From: Chlamydiota bacterium
GTDB taxonomy: Bacteria; Auribacterota; JACPWU01
Assembly (NCBI GenBank): GCA_016196885.1
Contig: JACPWU010000056.1
Location: 56,804 to 88,803 of the forward strand
Direction: 5' to 3'
DNA length: 32,000 nucleotides
The notes beneath the pieces were generated by a model. It was not told the DNA's origin, searched no databases, and was given only the letters and a program-made list of their open reading frames with translations. Below are positions 9,407 through 18,158 of this stretch, piece after piece (within the stretch, counting starts at the first letter, position 1; every line of letters starts with the position of its first letter). Position numbers and translations under genes: made by a program.

Positions 9407-10885
9407 ATGAAATGCGTTTTTTTGCTTATCCTTTTCTTGACCCTAACAGGCTGCGGTCACCCTCCCGATGGCTCTTCTCAAGATTACGATCAAAAGATAA
9501 AAAAAATCCAAAGAGACCTTGAAAAAGATTATAAAAATCCAAGAATTCACACCAACCTGGGCGTTCTCTATGAAAAGAAGGGTATCTTGGATCAAGCAGA
9601 AAAACATTACCGGGTTGCGATAGAGATTGACCCTCAATTCACGGAGGCATGCATCAATCTTACCAATCTTTATATCACTCAAAAGGACTATCCGGGTGCC
9701 CTCCAAACTCTTCAAAAGGCGCTGGAGGAAAATCCCAACGACCCCCATCTGGATTATCTCTTGGCCACTGTCTTAAGAGAAACAAAACAATACCTAGAGG
9801 CCTTAACCCAATACGAGAAAGTTCTAAAATTAGATCCTAAAAATACACTTGCCCAAAATTACATGGGCGTCATTTTCTATGAATTAAAGGAGTATTCAAA
9901 ATCGGAAAGTTCCTTTCAGAAAACGATCGCACTAGATCCAAATTTTGCGGATGCCTATGGAAATTTGGCCTTTTTATACGATTTCAGTTTTCATGACAAA
10001 AAAAAGGCAATCGAATATTATGAAAAATTCTTAAATTTAAAAAGTGAGGGGCCCAATGTTGCCTTGGCCCAAGATCTTTTAAAAAAAGCCAAGGAGGAAA
10101 TAAATCGGCCACTTCCTCTCTCTGAAACACCTGAGAGAGAAGATAAGGAGTCTAGGGAAATAAAAAAGGAAAACACGGCTAAAGAAGTCAAGGCCCAACC
10201 CAAGCCCTCCCCAGAAGAACCCCAGACTCACGTCCCTGAAGCAAAGTCCGAAACGAACGAGGCGAATCCTCCGCAAAAAAAATCTCCGCCTCCCATTGTA
10301 ATTGTCAAAACCCCGCTCTTAACTCCTTCAATGCCATCTCCTGCTCCTCAAAACCAAGTCAGCCCAGTTGATTCTCCTCCCACCCCAAAAACCCAATCCA
10401 GTTTGAATGCAAAAAATGAGGCGGCCCATCATTTCAGCCTGGGATCCAGTTTTCAGGCAAAAGGGAAAAATGCAGAGGCCATTGCCGAATACGAAAAGGT
10501 CCTTCGGCTCAACCGATCCCACATGAAGGCCCATTACAATCTAGGCATCCTTTACAAATGGAAGGGAGAGAGTGAAAAAGCAGCTCGTGAATACCTAGAG
10601 GTGATTCGCCTGGATCCAAATTTTGCAAAGGCTTATTACAATCTGGGAATTATTTTAAAAACCCAAGGGAAATGGGATGAGGCCATCTTAAAATTTAAAA
10701 GCGCGATTCAAATAGACATCCGTTACTCAGACGCCTACTTGGGCGTTGCCCTCGTCTACAGCCAAAATAAAAAAGACATTCAACGTTCCATTCCTTATTA
10801 CAAAAAATACCTTCTCTTGAGCCCCTCAAGCCCAACAGCCGTGAAGATTAAAGGTTGGCTACACTCAATCGGAGAAGATGGATGA
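9407..10885 (+). CDS. TPR-repeat lipoprotein with central Pro/Lys/Glu-rich linker
   Basis: 492 aa. Lipoprotein signal MKCVFLLILFLTLTGC. Several TPR units lie on both sides of a low-complexity proline-rich segment (PKPSPEEPQ...SPPPIVIV...SPAPQNQVSPVDSPPTP). Confidence 0.85.
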   Translation: MKCVFLLILFLTLTGCGHPPDGSSQDYDQKIKKIQRDLEKDYKNPRIHTNLGVLYEKKGILDQAEKHYRVAIEIDPQFTEACINLTNLYITQKDYPGALQTLQKALEENPNDPHLDYLLATVLRETKQYLEALTQYEKVLKLDPKNTLAQNYMGVIFYELKEYSKSESSFQKTIALDPNFADAYGNLAFLYDFSFHDKKKAIEYYEKFLNLKSEGPNVALAQDLLKKAKEEINRPLPLSETPEREDKESREIKKENTAKEVKAQPKPSPEEPQTHVPEAKSETNEANPPQKKSPPPIVIVKTPLLTPSMPSPAPQNQVSPVDSPPTPKTQSSLNAKNEAAHHFSLGSSFQAKGKNAEAIAEYEKVLRLNRSHMKAHYNLGILYKWKGESEKAAREYLEVIRLDPNFAKAYYNLGIILKTQGKWDEAILKFKSAIQIDIRYSDAYLGVALVYSQNKKDIQRSIPYYKKYLLLSPSSPTAVKIKGWLHSIGEDG

Positions 10886-12105
10886 GACGGCTTGAACCGC
10901 TCAGCGTCATTCAAACCTCTTTGAAAAACAGCTTGGGGACTTTATTTCGCGGAAAAAAATTTTTCACAAAGCTTCTATGGATTCTTCCCCTTTTTTTGGT
11001 CGTTCAATTCTCTTACCCCTTTTTCAGACAATCCTTTTCAGAAAAGAACTCATTCCATCAGAATTCTCAAGCCCAGAGACTCTTCGAAGAAGGCAAATGG
11101 GAGATGGCAGCCATGGCCTTTGAAAAGGAAATAGTTTTATCTCCTCAAAAGGCTCAACTCCATCTCCAACTGGCGATCTTGTACGATGATTATCTTGGCA
11201 AAAAAGAACAGGGTATTGTCCATTATGAAACTTATTTAAAACTGGCTCCTGAAGATGAGAAGGCTCCTTTGGTTCGCCAATGGCTGCAAGAAATCAAACA
11301 AGAAGACAAAACCTTAATCTCTCACCCTCCTCCTCTAGGAGAAAAATTGGAAGAGGTCCAAAACAAGGAAGGAACTCATCTTTTAGACCTAGAAAGGGAA
11401 AATCAATCTTTAAAAAGCCAAATCACTGAACAAACCATTCAGATCCAAAAATTGCAACAACTCATCCATGAAAAAGAAAAAACAATGACCTCATTGAAAA
11501 CTCAATCTGAAAGTTTATCCTCCGAAAAATCCATGCAAGAAACTTCAAAGGAACTTCAAGACGCTAAAACCAAAATAACTCAACTGGAAATGAACAAAAG
11601 ATCACTTGAGATCCAGATTCAAGATTCTGAGGAGGCCAAAAACACAGCCAAGAAACAAATCAATGAGTTAAAAGCCCTTCAAGAGAGAAAACCTCCAACG
11701 GATCTCAGAGAAAGAAATCTTCAGACGTTTCGCGTTGAAAATGCTGAGCTAAAAAAGGAGATGGAGACCTATGAGGAAAATGAAGCCACACTCCTGACAC
11801 AAATCAACACACTCAAGGTTTATCAAGAAAAATTAAAAAATAAAATTTTAGAATATCAGAAACTGATTCTTTCAAAATCTCCTAAAAAAGAAATTAGAGA
11901 AGGAACAACTCTTACACCGCTTCATATCAAACCCATGAAAAGGTACAAGGTTTGCAGGGGAGAATCTTTGAGAAGCATTGCTGAACGGATGTATGGAGAT
12001 AAGGATAAGTGGAGGATTATTTACAATGCCAATCGCAGCAGAATTGTAAATCCAAATATTCTGACATCCGGCCAGGTACTGGATATCCCGGAAATCCAAA
12101 AATGA
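10882..12105 (+). CDS. Membrane-anchored TPR / long coiled-coil / C-terminal LysM protein
   Basis: The ATG at 10882 overlaps the upstream stop (ATGA), with GGAG at 10871-10874. It has an N-terminal TM (LLWILPLFLVVQF), one TPR-like region, about 200 aa of K/E/Q-rich coiled coil, and LysM YKVCRGESLRSIAERMYGDKDKWRIIYNANRSRIVNPNILTSGQVLDIP. Confidence 0.85.
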   Translation: MRRLEPLSVIQTSLKNSLGTLFRGKKFFTKLLWILPLFLVVQFSYPFFRQSFSEKNSFHQNSQAQRLFEEGKWEMAAMAFEKEIVLSPQKAQLHLQLAILYDDYLGKKEQGIVHYETYLKLAPEDEKAPLVRQWLQEIKQEDKTLISHPPPLGEKLEEVQNKEGTHLLDLERENQSLKSQITEQTIQIQKLQQLIHEKEKTMTSLKTQSESLSSEKSMQETSKELQDAKTKITQLEMNKRSLEIQIQDSEEAKNTAKKQINELKALQERKPPTDLRERNLQTFRVENAELKKEMETYEENEATLLTQINTLKVYQEKLKNKILEYQKLILSKSPKKEIREGTTLTPLHIKPMKRYKVCRGESLRSIAERMYGDKDKWRIIYNANRSRIVNPNILTSGQVLDIPEIQK

Positions 12106-12139
12106 TTGCACGGAGTCTCACATTCGCTTCGCTCAGTGC

Positions 12140-12410
12140 AAACTCTAAGGAAAGAAGAGGCTGGTGCGAAAATTCCCTCCCCCTTGTGGGGAGGGTTAGG
12201 GAGGGGGTGGATTTCTAAAATCAAATATCAAATATCAAAAATCAAAATGACAGTGTAAAATTTAAAATGTTTCTGGATTCTAAGCATATATAAAATTTTG
12301 CATTTTGATCTGTCATTTTGATTTTTGATGTATTTTCCACCCTCCCCTAACCCCTCCCATCAAGGGAGGGGAAAACAAGAGTTTTCGGCCCAGCCTGCCA
12401 GGGACGAAGG
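12140..12410. repeat. Nested composite palindrome: GC-rich arms enclosing a W3 AT-word hairpin
   Basis: GC arms ccctcccccttgtggggagggttagggagggggtgga (12175-12211) and tccaccctcccctaacccctcccatcaagggagggg (12336-12371) are inverted copies, and each holds its own small hairpin. Inside them a perfect 20-bp stem pairs 12234-12253 with 12310-12329. The outer weak inverted repeat is aggctggtgcg (12158-12168) with cggcccagcct (12386-12396). Confidence 0.8.
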
Positions 12411-12422
12411 ATTCATATTTAT

Positions 12423-13178
12423 ATGCAATCACCCTACGCCATTGAAACGGATGAGCTTGAAAAAAGATACGGAAAAACCGTTGCCGTTCAAAATCTCAAC
12501 CTCAAGATCAAAAGGGGAGAGTTTTTTGCCTTCCTGGGACCCAACGCCGCAGGAAAAACGACCACCCTTCGCATGCTGACAGGACTCATCCCTCCTACAA
12601 AAGGCCGCATTAAAATTTTGGGATTAGATCTTCCTCAAGAGAGTTTGGCCATTAAGAGAAAAATAGGGTATATTCCAGATTTTCCATTTCTTTACGAAAA
12701 GTTAACGGCGTATGAGTTTCTAAATTTCATAGCCAGGCTTTATTCCCTTGATGAATCCTTTGCCGCCCAAGAGATAGAAAAACTGCTTCATCAATTTGAC
12801 CTTTCTTCTGACCGAGACCGACTGATTGAAACATTTTCACACGGTCTTCGCCAAAGACTTGTTTTTTCGGCTACCCTTCTCCATCAGCCTGAACTTATCT
12901 TGGCAGACGAACCCATGGTCGGCTTAGATCCTAAGAGCGCCAAACTGGTTCGTGAAACCCTTAAGAAGTTGACGCGCCAAGGCTCCACCGTCTTCGTATC
13001 CACGCACACTTTGAGTTTGGCAGAGGAGCTCGCAGATAGAATCGGCATCATTCACAAAGGACGTCTCATTGCCATCGGAACAAGTGAAGAATTAAAATCA
13101 AAAACGTGCGATGCCCCCGATCTAGAGGCTCTCTTTTTGACACTCACACAAGAAGAAAGCAACGTCCCCCCTTTATGA
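12423..13178 (+). CDS. ABC transporter ATP-binding protein (ABC-2 type)
   Basis: 251 aa with Walker A GPNAAGKTT, signature FSHGLRQRL, Walker B LILADEPMVGLD and H-loop STH. Confidence 0.92.
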   Translation: MQSPYAIETDELEKRYGKTVAVQNLNLKIKRGEFFAFLGPNAAGKTTTLRMLTGLIPPTKGRIKILGLDLPQESLAIKRKIGYIPDFPFLYEKLTAYEFLNFIARLYSLDESFAAQEIEKLLHQFDLSSDRDRLIETFSHGLRQRLVFSATLLHQPELILADEPMVGLDPKSAKLVRETLKKLTRQGSTVFVSTHTLSLAEELADRIGIIHKGRLIAIGTSEELKSKTCDAPDLEALFLTLTQEESNVPPL

Positions 13179-14836
13179 TCAAAACTCAAACAAAAGCTAT
13201 TCTCGGAATTTATCTAAACTCTTTAAGAAATACGATTCTTCAACTTTGGCCCCTGACTTTGCGCAGTGACCTCATTTTCCTTTTTCTGGGAGGATATTCC
13301 ATCGGAGGCTTTTGGATTCTATTAAAATCCTTCAACTTTCTTCACACCTTCCCCCTGGTTGGAAATTTTCTTTTGAATCGTCTCTGGCATTTTTTCTTTT
13401 TCATCCTGGGGATGATGCTTATCTTTTCAAACTCCGTGGTTCTTTACTCCACTCAATATCAAGATGCCCAAACGAGTTTTCTCTTTCATCTCCCTCTTCC
13501 CCCCAGAACCATTTTCTACAAACAATTATTGGAAGGGGCCCTTTGGAGTTCTTGGGGATTTCTTTTCCTCTCTCTCCCTCTCATGATTGCCTTCGGCATT
13601 TCTTCTCATCATTCATGGGCCTATTACCTTTTCAGCCCTTTTTTTCTCTGCGCCTTTATTTTTCTAACCTCCCTCTTAGGGGCGTCTCTGGTTTCATTTC
13701 TCATCAGTCTTCATCAGAGATATCGAAAAGTATTTCTCATCGGAATGATTTCAATTGGGGTTCTAATCATGTTTCAACTTTTTAAATTTCCGTCTGAGAT
13801 TGAAGAGCCTGCCCGATTTCAGGTTCTGAAATTACTCGAGAAAATTTCAAAGAATTTTTCCTTTTCACTTTCTCCCTACCTTCCTAGCACCTGGGTGGCA
13901 CAGGGACTTTTGAGTATGGGAGGTTTCCATCCCAGAGAAGGACTTTACTTCTTAGGAATGATTCTTGCCTTGGATACGATTCTGGCTACAGCCTTTTTTT
14001 ACCTGGCCGAAAAATTCTATCCGGTCTTATGGGAGAGGAATCAGGAAGGCGGGGAAGATCAGCCCAAAAAGTATCTTTTGCGAGTACTCCAAAAATTTAA
14101 AATCTCTTCTCTGAATCAAAAAGATATTTTTATTTTCTCAAGAGATCGAACCCAATGGGTGCAATGGATGATCACTTTGACCTTGATGATTTTTTATCTG
14201 GCCAATCTGAAAAACATCAACACCTACTTGGATGAGGAGTATTGGAAAAACTTGGTTTTTTCCATGAATCTGTGCACCTGCGGCCTCCTCCTTTCAACTC
14301 TCAGCTTGCGTTTTGTATTTCCTCAGTTCAGCCTGGAGGCCCGAAAAAGCTGGATTTTGGGGCTTGCCCCTGTTTCTCTAAATTTTATTCTTAAAACAAA
14401 ATTTAAATTTTTCTATTTTATCATGACGATCTTGGGCCAAGTATTTAATTTCATTTCAGGTTTTATTCTGAAACTTCCTCTCTCAAAAATTCTTTTATCC
14501 TCAGCACTCCTTTTTCTGATTCCCTTGGGCCTCATTGCAATCGCCTTGGGCATAGGGATTTTTTATCCCCAACCCAAAACGGACAACCCCTCAAAAATCA
14601 TGTCGGGTCTGGGCGGAATTCTAACGCTTATCTTTTCGCTTGGATATCTCTTGCTCATGCTCCTTCCGGTCAGCATCCCATTTTATGTAAGATCGCTCGG
14701 AAAGCTGACCCCCTTATTACCATTTTATATTAGAATAGGGGGATGCGTTCTTTTCGATATTCTTCTTTCATTTATTTTGATGATTGTAGCTCTTAAAATA
14801 AGGAGAGGTTATCCATGGCAAACCCTAAATTTTTAA
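13175..14836 (+). CDS. Large polytopic ABC-transporter permease-like membrane protein
   Basis: The ATG at 13175 overlaps the ATPase stop (ATGA). About 553 aa with many hydrophobic spans. The function is inferred from translational coupling to the ABC ATPase, and the substrate is unknown. Confidence 0.75.
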   Translation: MIKTQTKAILGIYLNSLRNTILQLWPLTLRSDLIFLFLGGYSIGGFWILLKSFNFLHTFPLVGNFLLNRLWHFFFFILGMMLIFSNSVVLYSTQYQDAQTSFLFHLPLPPRTIFYKQLLEGALWSSWGFLFLSLPLMIAFGISSHHSWAYYLFSPFFLCAFIFLTSLLGASLVSFLISLHQRYRKVFLIGMISIGVLIMFQLFKFPSEIEEPARFQVLKLLEKISKNFSFSLSPYLPSTWVAQGLLSMGGFHPREGLYFLGMILALDTILATAFFYLAEKFYPVLWERNQEGGEDQPKKYLLRVLQKFKISSLNQKDIFIFSRDRTQWVQWMITLTLMIFYLANLKNINTYLDEEYWKNLVFSMNLCTCGLLLSTLSLRFVFPQFSLEARKSWILGLAPVSLNFILKTKFKFFYFIMTILGQVFNFISGFILKLPLSKILLSSALLFLIPLGLIAIALGIGIFYPQPKTDNPSKIMSGLGGILTLIFSLGYLLLMLLPVSIPFYVRSLGKLTPLLPFYIRIGGCVLFDILLSFILMIVALKIRRGYPWQTLNF

Positions 14837-16299
14837 ATTTCATCGATGGTGCTTGGTGCTCCTCAAAGTCAGGAAAAACCTTTTCCAATATTAACCCTGC
14901 CAACAAGGACGATATCATCGGAACATTTCCTGCCTCTGATGCCCAAGATGTTCAAAAAGCAGTCGAAAGTGCGGCTTCCTCTCTAGAAGAATGGCAAAAA
15001 ACTCCTCCCCCTAAAAGAGGTGAAATTCTCTTTCGGGTAGGTGAAATCCTCCAAAATCGAAAGGAAGAATTGGCCCAACTCATGACGCGGGAAATGGGAA
15101 AAATCCTAAGGGAGGCCCGAGGCGATATTCAAGAGGCCATTGACATGGCCTTTTACACTGCGGGGGAGGGCAGGAGGCTCCTCGGTCAAACCGTTCCTTC
15201 AGAATTGCCAAATAAATTTTGCATGACCCTAAGAGACCCCGTCGGAATTTGCGGGCTCATTACGCCTTGGAATTTTCCCATGGCCATTCCGTCCTGGAAA
15301 GTTTTCCCTGCCCTCATTTGCGCAAACACCGCTATTCTAAAGCCTGCCAGTGATACCCCGGCCTCTGCCACAAAATTTGTTGAAATTCTTTTAGAGGCAG
15401 GTCTTCCTCCTAAAACCTTGCAGCTGGTCCACGGCACAGGCCCTGAGGTAGGCACTCCTTTGGTGAAACATCCCCAAATCGAACTCATTTCCTTCACAGG
15501 CTCTTCTCAAACGGGTCAAGAGATTGCCGCTTATTGTTCCCAACATCACAAAAAGGTCTCCTTGGAAATGGGTGGGAAAAACGCCCAAATTGTCCTTGAA
15601 GATGCTAACTTAGACTTGGCCCTCGAGGGCATTGTCTGGGGAGCCTTCGGAACCACAGGGCAAAGATGCACGGCCAGTTCCAGGCTCATTCTCCAAAAGA
15701 AAATCGCCAGTGAGTTGACCCACAGACTCCTTAACAGGGCAAAAAATCTGAAACTGGGGAGCGGTCTTCTCTCGTCAACAGAGATGGGGCCTCTGATCAA
15801 TCAAAAACAGCTTGAGAAGGTCTCCGAATACGTCCAGATTGGACAAAAGGAAGGCGCTCAGCTTTTGACCGGGGGGCATCCTTACAGGGAAGGGGAATGC
15901 TCAAAAGGATTTTTCTTCTCCCCTACCATTTTCACGAATGTCCATTCTCAAATGCGTATTGCGCAAGAAGAAATTTTTGGACCCGTTCTTGCCATCATTG
16001 AGGTAGAAGATATTGAAGAAGCCATTCATGTGGCCAATGATACCTCTTACGGCTTATCCCTCTCTATTTACACTCAGGATATCAATCAGGCCTTTCATGC
16101 AATTCGGGCTTTTAAATCAGGTATTGTTTACGTCAACGCGCCCACAATCGGGGCGGAGGTACAGCTTCCCTTTGGTGGCATCAAACACACTGGAAATGGA
16201 CACCGCGAGGCCGCTCAAACGGCTCTAGATATTTTTTCAGAATGGAAAACGGTCTTCATAGACCACAGTGGAAGGCTGCAGAAAGCGCAGATTGATTAG
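14815..16299 (+). CDS. NAD(P)+-dependent aldehyde dehydrogenase family protein
   Basis: 494 aa with PWNFP, general base LEMGGKNA, nucleophile GQRCTASSR and EEIFGPV. AGGAGAG lies upstream of the ATG. The 5' end overlaps the permease gene by 22 nt. Confidence 0.92.
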   Translation: MANPKFLNFIDGAWCSSKSGKTFSNINPANKDDIIGTFPASDAQDVQKAVESAASSLEEWQKTPPPKRGEILFRVGEILQNRKEELAQLMTREMGKILREARGDIQEAIDMAFYTAGEGRRLLGQTVPSELPNKFCMTLRDPVGICGLITPWNFPMAIPSWKVFPALICANTAILKPASDTPASATKFVEILLEAGLPPKTLQLVHGTGPEVGTPLVKHPQIELISFTGSSQTGQEIAAYCSQHHKKVSLEMGGKNAQIVLEDANLDLALEGIVWGAFGTTGQRCTASSRLILQKKIASELTHRLLNRAKNLKLGSGLLSSTEMGPLINQKQLEKVSEYVQIGQKEGAQLLTGGHPYREGECSKGFFFSPTIFTNVHSQMRIAQEEIFGPVLAIIEVEDIEEAIHVANDTSYGLSLSIYTQDINQAFHAIRAFKSGIVYVNAPTIGAEVQLPFGGIKHTGNGHREAAQTALDIFSEWKTVFIDHSGRLQKAQID

Positions 16300-16318
16300 A
16301 AATTTGAATTTTGATAAT

Positions 16319-16456
16319 AGGCATATGCACTTGATTCCCCTTTGTAGTCGCCCGATTCATCGGGCAAACCCATGCAAGGGGCACAGCCCCATGAATGGGG
16401 CGACTACAACTTCTTGCCATGGCGCTTGCTATCTAAGGGGAATCAAGTGCATATCA
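16319..16456 (-). mobile_element. Type I MITE-like element, copy 2 (same orientation as copy 1)
   Basis: TIRs are aggcatatgcacttgattcccc (16319-16340) and ggggaatcaagtgcatat (16437-16454). REP-B is at 16344-16365 and REP-A (rc) at 16386-16407. There is an 8-12 nt insertion (ccatggcg with repeated cttgc) relative to copy 1. Confidence 0.8.
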
Positions 16457-16721
16457 CACGTTCCACATTGTTAAAATGTTTAAATTCAAACGCGTATTCA
16501 TCCAGGCTGTTTCCCTCTTTGTGAAAAAGCCGATGGTGCTTTTTGCACAAGCTCTCCACATTATCCTGGGAAGAGGGGCCTCCATGAGACTTGGGCATGA
16601 CATGATGAATATCCAACTCATCCGTGGCAAATTCGTGCTTGCATTTCTTGCACCGATAATTATCCCTTTGAAGAATTTTATCTCTGAATTTCTTATAATT
16701 TACCTTTTCAAAGTCTTCCAT
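16443..16721 (-). CDS. Small stand-alone HNH endonuclease
   Basis: Motifs CKKCKH...LDIHHVMPKSHGG...N...LCKKHHRLFH give an HNH core with two CxxC/CxxH zinc pairs. I prefer the ATG at 16721 (MEDFEK...) with AAGGAGGA upstream. The track ORF extends to a GTG at 16817 that lies inside MITE copy 3 and adds a hydrophobic 32-aa N-terminus. The stop and last 4 codons lie inside the TIR of MITE copy 2. Confidence 0.8.
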   Translation of the reverse strand: MEDFEKVNYKKFRDKILQRDNYRCKKCKHEFATDELDIHHVMPKSHGGPSSQDNVESLCKKHHRLFHKEGNSLDEYAFEFKHFNNVERVICT

Positions 16722-16809
16722 AACAATCTCTTCCTCCTTTTGAAAAATAAAAAGTGGCACTATTATAAATAAGACTGTTAAGATGTAAAGAGGAAAGATG
16801 ATAAATTTC

Positions 16810-16936
16810 AGGCCCACGCACTTGATACCTCTTTAGATAGCAAAAGAATTTGTAGTCGCCCCATTTATGGGGCAGCCCCTTGCATGAATTTGCCCGATGA
16901 ATCGGGCGACTCCCAGGGGTATCAGGCGCATAGGCC
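16810..16936 (+). mobile_element. Type I MITE-like element, copy 3 (inverted relative to copy 2)
   Basis: TIRs are aggcccacgcacttgatacctc (16810-16831) and ggggtatcaggcgcataggcc (16916-16936). REP-A is at 16852-16873 and REP-B (rc) at 16892-16911, with a degenerate tail gcgactcc. The internal block ttagatagcaaaagaattt is the reverse complement of aaattcttgctatctga in copy 1. Confidence 0.78.
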
Positions 16937-17098
16937 GAATCAATTTTTCATATGGGGAATTTGATACCATGAAAGGCATTCAAAGAAGACAAAATAAAAT
17001 CATTCCGCTTCTACGGCCTGCCCATCCTCATGGGCCATCTCTCAAAGTGAAAAATGCGGGAAAAAATTCTCATGACAAGTGGGTAAGAAAAAATAAAG

Positions 17099-18157
17099 AT
17101 GGCGACGTCCCAAAAAATACCTAGGCAAATTTTCTTTTTCTTTGGACCTGATGAGTTTTTGCTTCGAGAAAAGGTAAAATCCCTTCTGGATTCCAAAGGG
17201 TTTGATTTTTCTCATGAAGCAGTTGAGACCCTAGACGGAGCAGCATCGGTATCTATGCAGGAAATCTTGGCTTCTCTCCAAACCCTTCCCCTCTTCACAG
17301 AAACAAAATACATCTGGATTAAAAATCTTCGTCTTTTGGAAAAAGGAGGAAGCCCAGAGGAAGAAAAAATCTTTTGCGAGACGATCGAAAAGGGAATCCC
17401 TCTCCAAAATGTCCTCATCATCACCCACTCGAGGGTAGATCAAAGGCGAAAAATCTTTATGGCCCTGAAGAAAATATCCATCTGGGAAGAGATTTCTTTA
17501 TCCGAAACATATCTGAAACAGAAAATCGAAAAAATAGCTCAGGATTTTGGAAAGAAAATACACTTTAAGGCCCTGAGCTACCTGATGGAAGAACTGGGGG
17601 ACAACCCCGCCCGTTTGACTCAGGAATTAGAAAAGATTGCTATTCACGTGGGCCCTTCCAAAACCCAGATTGAGGTGGATGACATTTCAAATCTCATCAC
17701 ATCCCGAAAAGAAGAGCCCTTCTACAAATTTGCAGACGCCTTTGTCAATCCTCAAAAAATGGTTTCCCTTAAAGTGGTTCGCCAGCTTCTCTTACAAGAC
17801 GAAAATCCCATTGGAATGATTCTCCATTTGGTTGGGCATTTACGAATGCTTATCCAGGCACGAACTTTAGTAGAATCAGGGTCTATGAATGAAAGTGAAA
17901 TTCCATTTTCATATCACAAGAATTGGATAGAACAAAAAATTCAAAAATCACCCCCTCAAATCATGGAACAATTTCCGCAAGAAGCCCATCTTTTAAAACA
18001 GCATCCTTACCGAATTCATCTTTTAATCAGACAAAGCCTACAATGTTCACTCTCAGAGTGGATTCAACGATTTTTAGACGTTTACGAATCCTATTGGGAG
18101 TTGGTCAATTCAAAACCGGCTGGAGAAGTTTTAGAAAAATTGATTTTGAAATCCTGA
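17099..18157 (+). CDS. holA: DNA polymerase III delta subunit
   Basis: 352 aa. The N-terminus FFFFGPDEFLLREKV resembles the delta clamp-loader family, and the size and helical C-terminal domain fit. The motif-level match is weaker than for the enzymes. Confidence 0.75.
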   Translation: MATSQKIPRQIFFFFGPDEFLLREKVKSLLDSKGFDFSHEAVETLDGAASVSMQEILASLQTLPLFTETKYIWIKNLRLLEKGGSPEEEKIFCETIEKGIPLQNVLIITHSRVDQRRKIFMALKKISIWEEISLSETYLKQKIEKIAQDFGKKIHFKALSYLMEELGDNPARLTQELEKIAIHVGPSKTQIEVDDISNLITSRKEEPFYKFADAFVNPQKMVSLKVVRQLLLQDENPIGMILHLVGHLRMLIQARTLVESGSMNESEIPFSYHKNWIEQKIQKSPPQIMEQFPQEAHLLKQHPYRIHLLIRQSLQCSLSEWIQRFLDVYESYWELVNSKPAGEVLEKLILKS

Positions 18158-18158
18158 C

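Noticed and set aside
12009-12579. ORFs 12009..12218(+), 12021..12224(-) and 12325..12579(+)
   Set aside because: They are encoded by the GC-rich palindrome arms or overlap real genes out of frame, and they give low-complexity P/G-rich peptides.
13312-13785. 157-aa ORF in an alternative frame of the ABC permease gene
   Set aside because: It is a same-strand overlapping frame inside a long, continuous hydrophobic ORF, and the S/P/F-rich peptide has no motifs.
16306-16967. gaattttgata (16306-16316) versus gaatttgata (16956-16965) as a target-site duplication of the whole MITE-HNH-MITE unit
   Set aside because: The match is imperfect. The right copy lies ~20 nt away from the MITE end, and both are W3-type low-complexity words.
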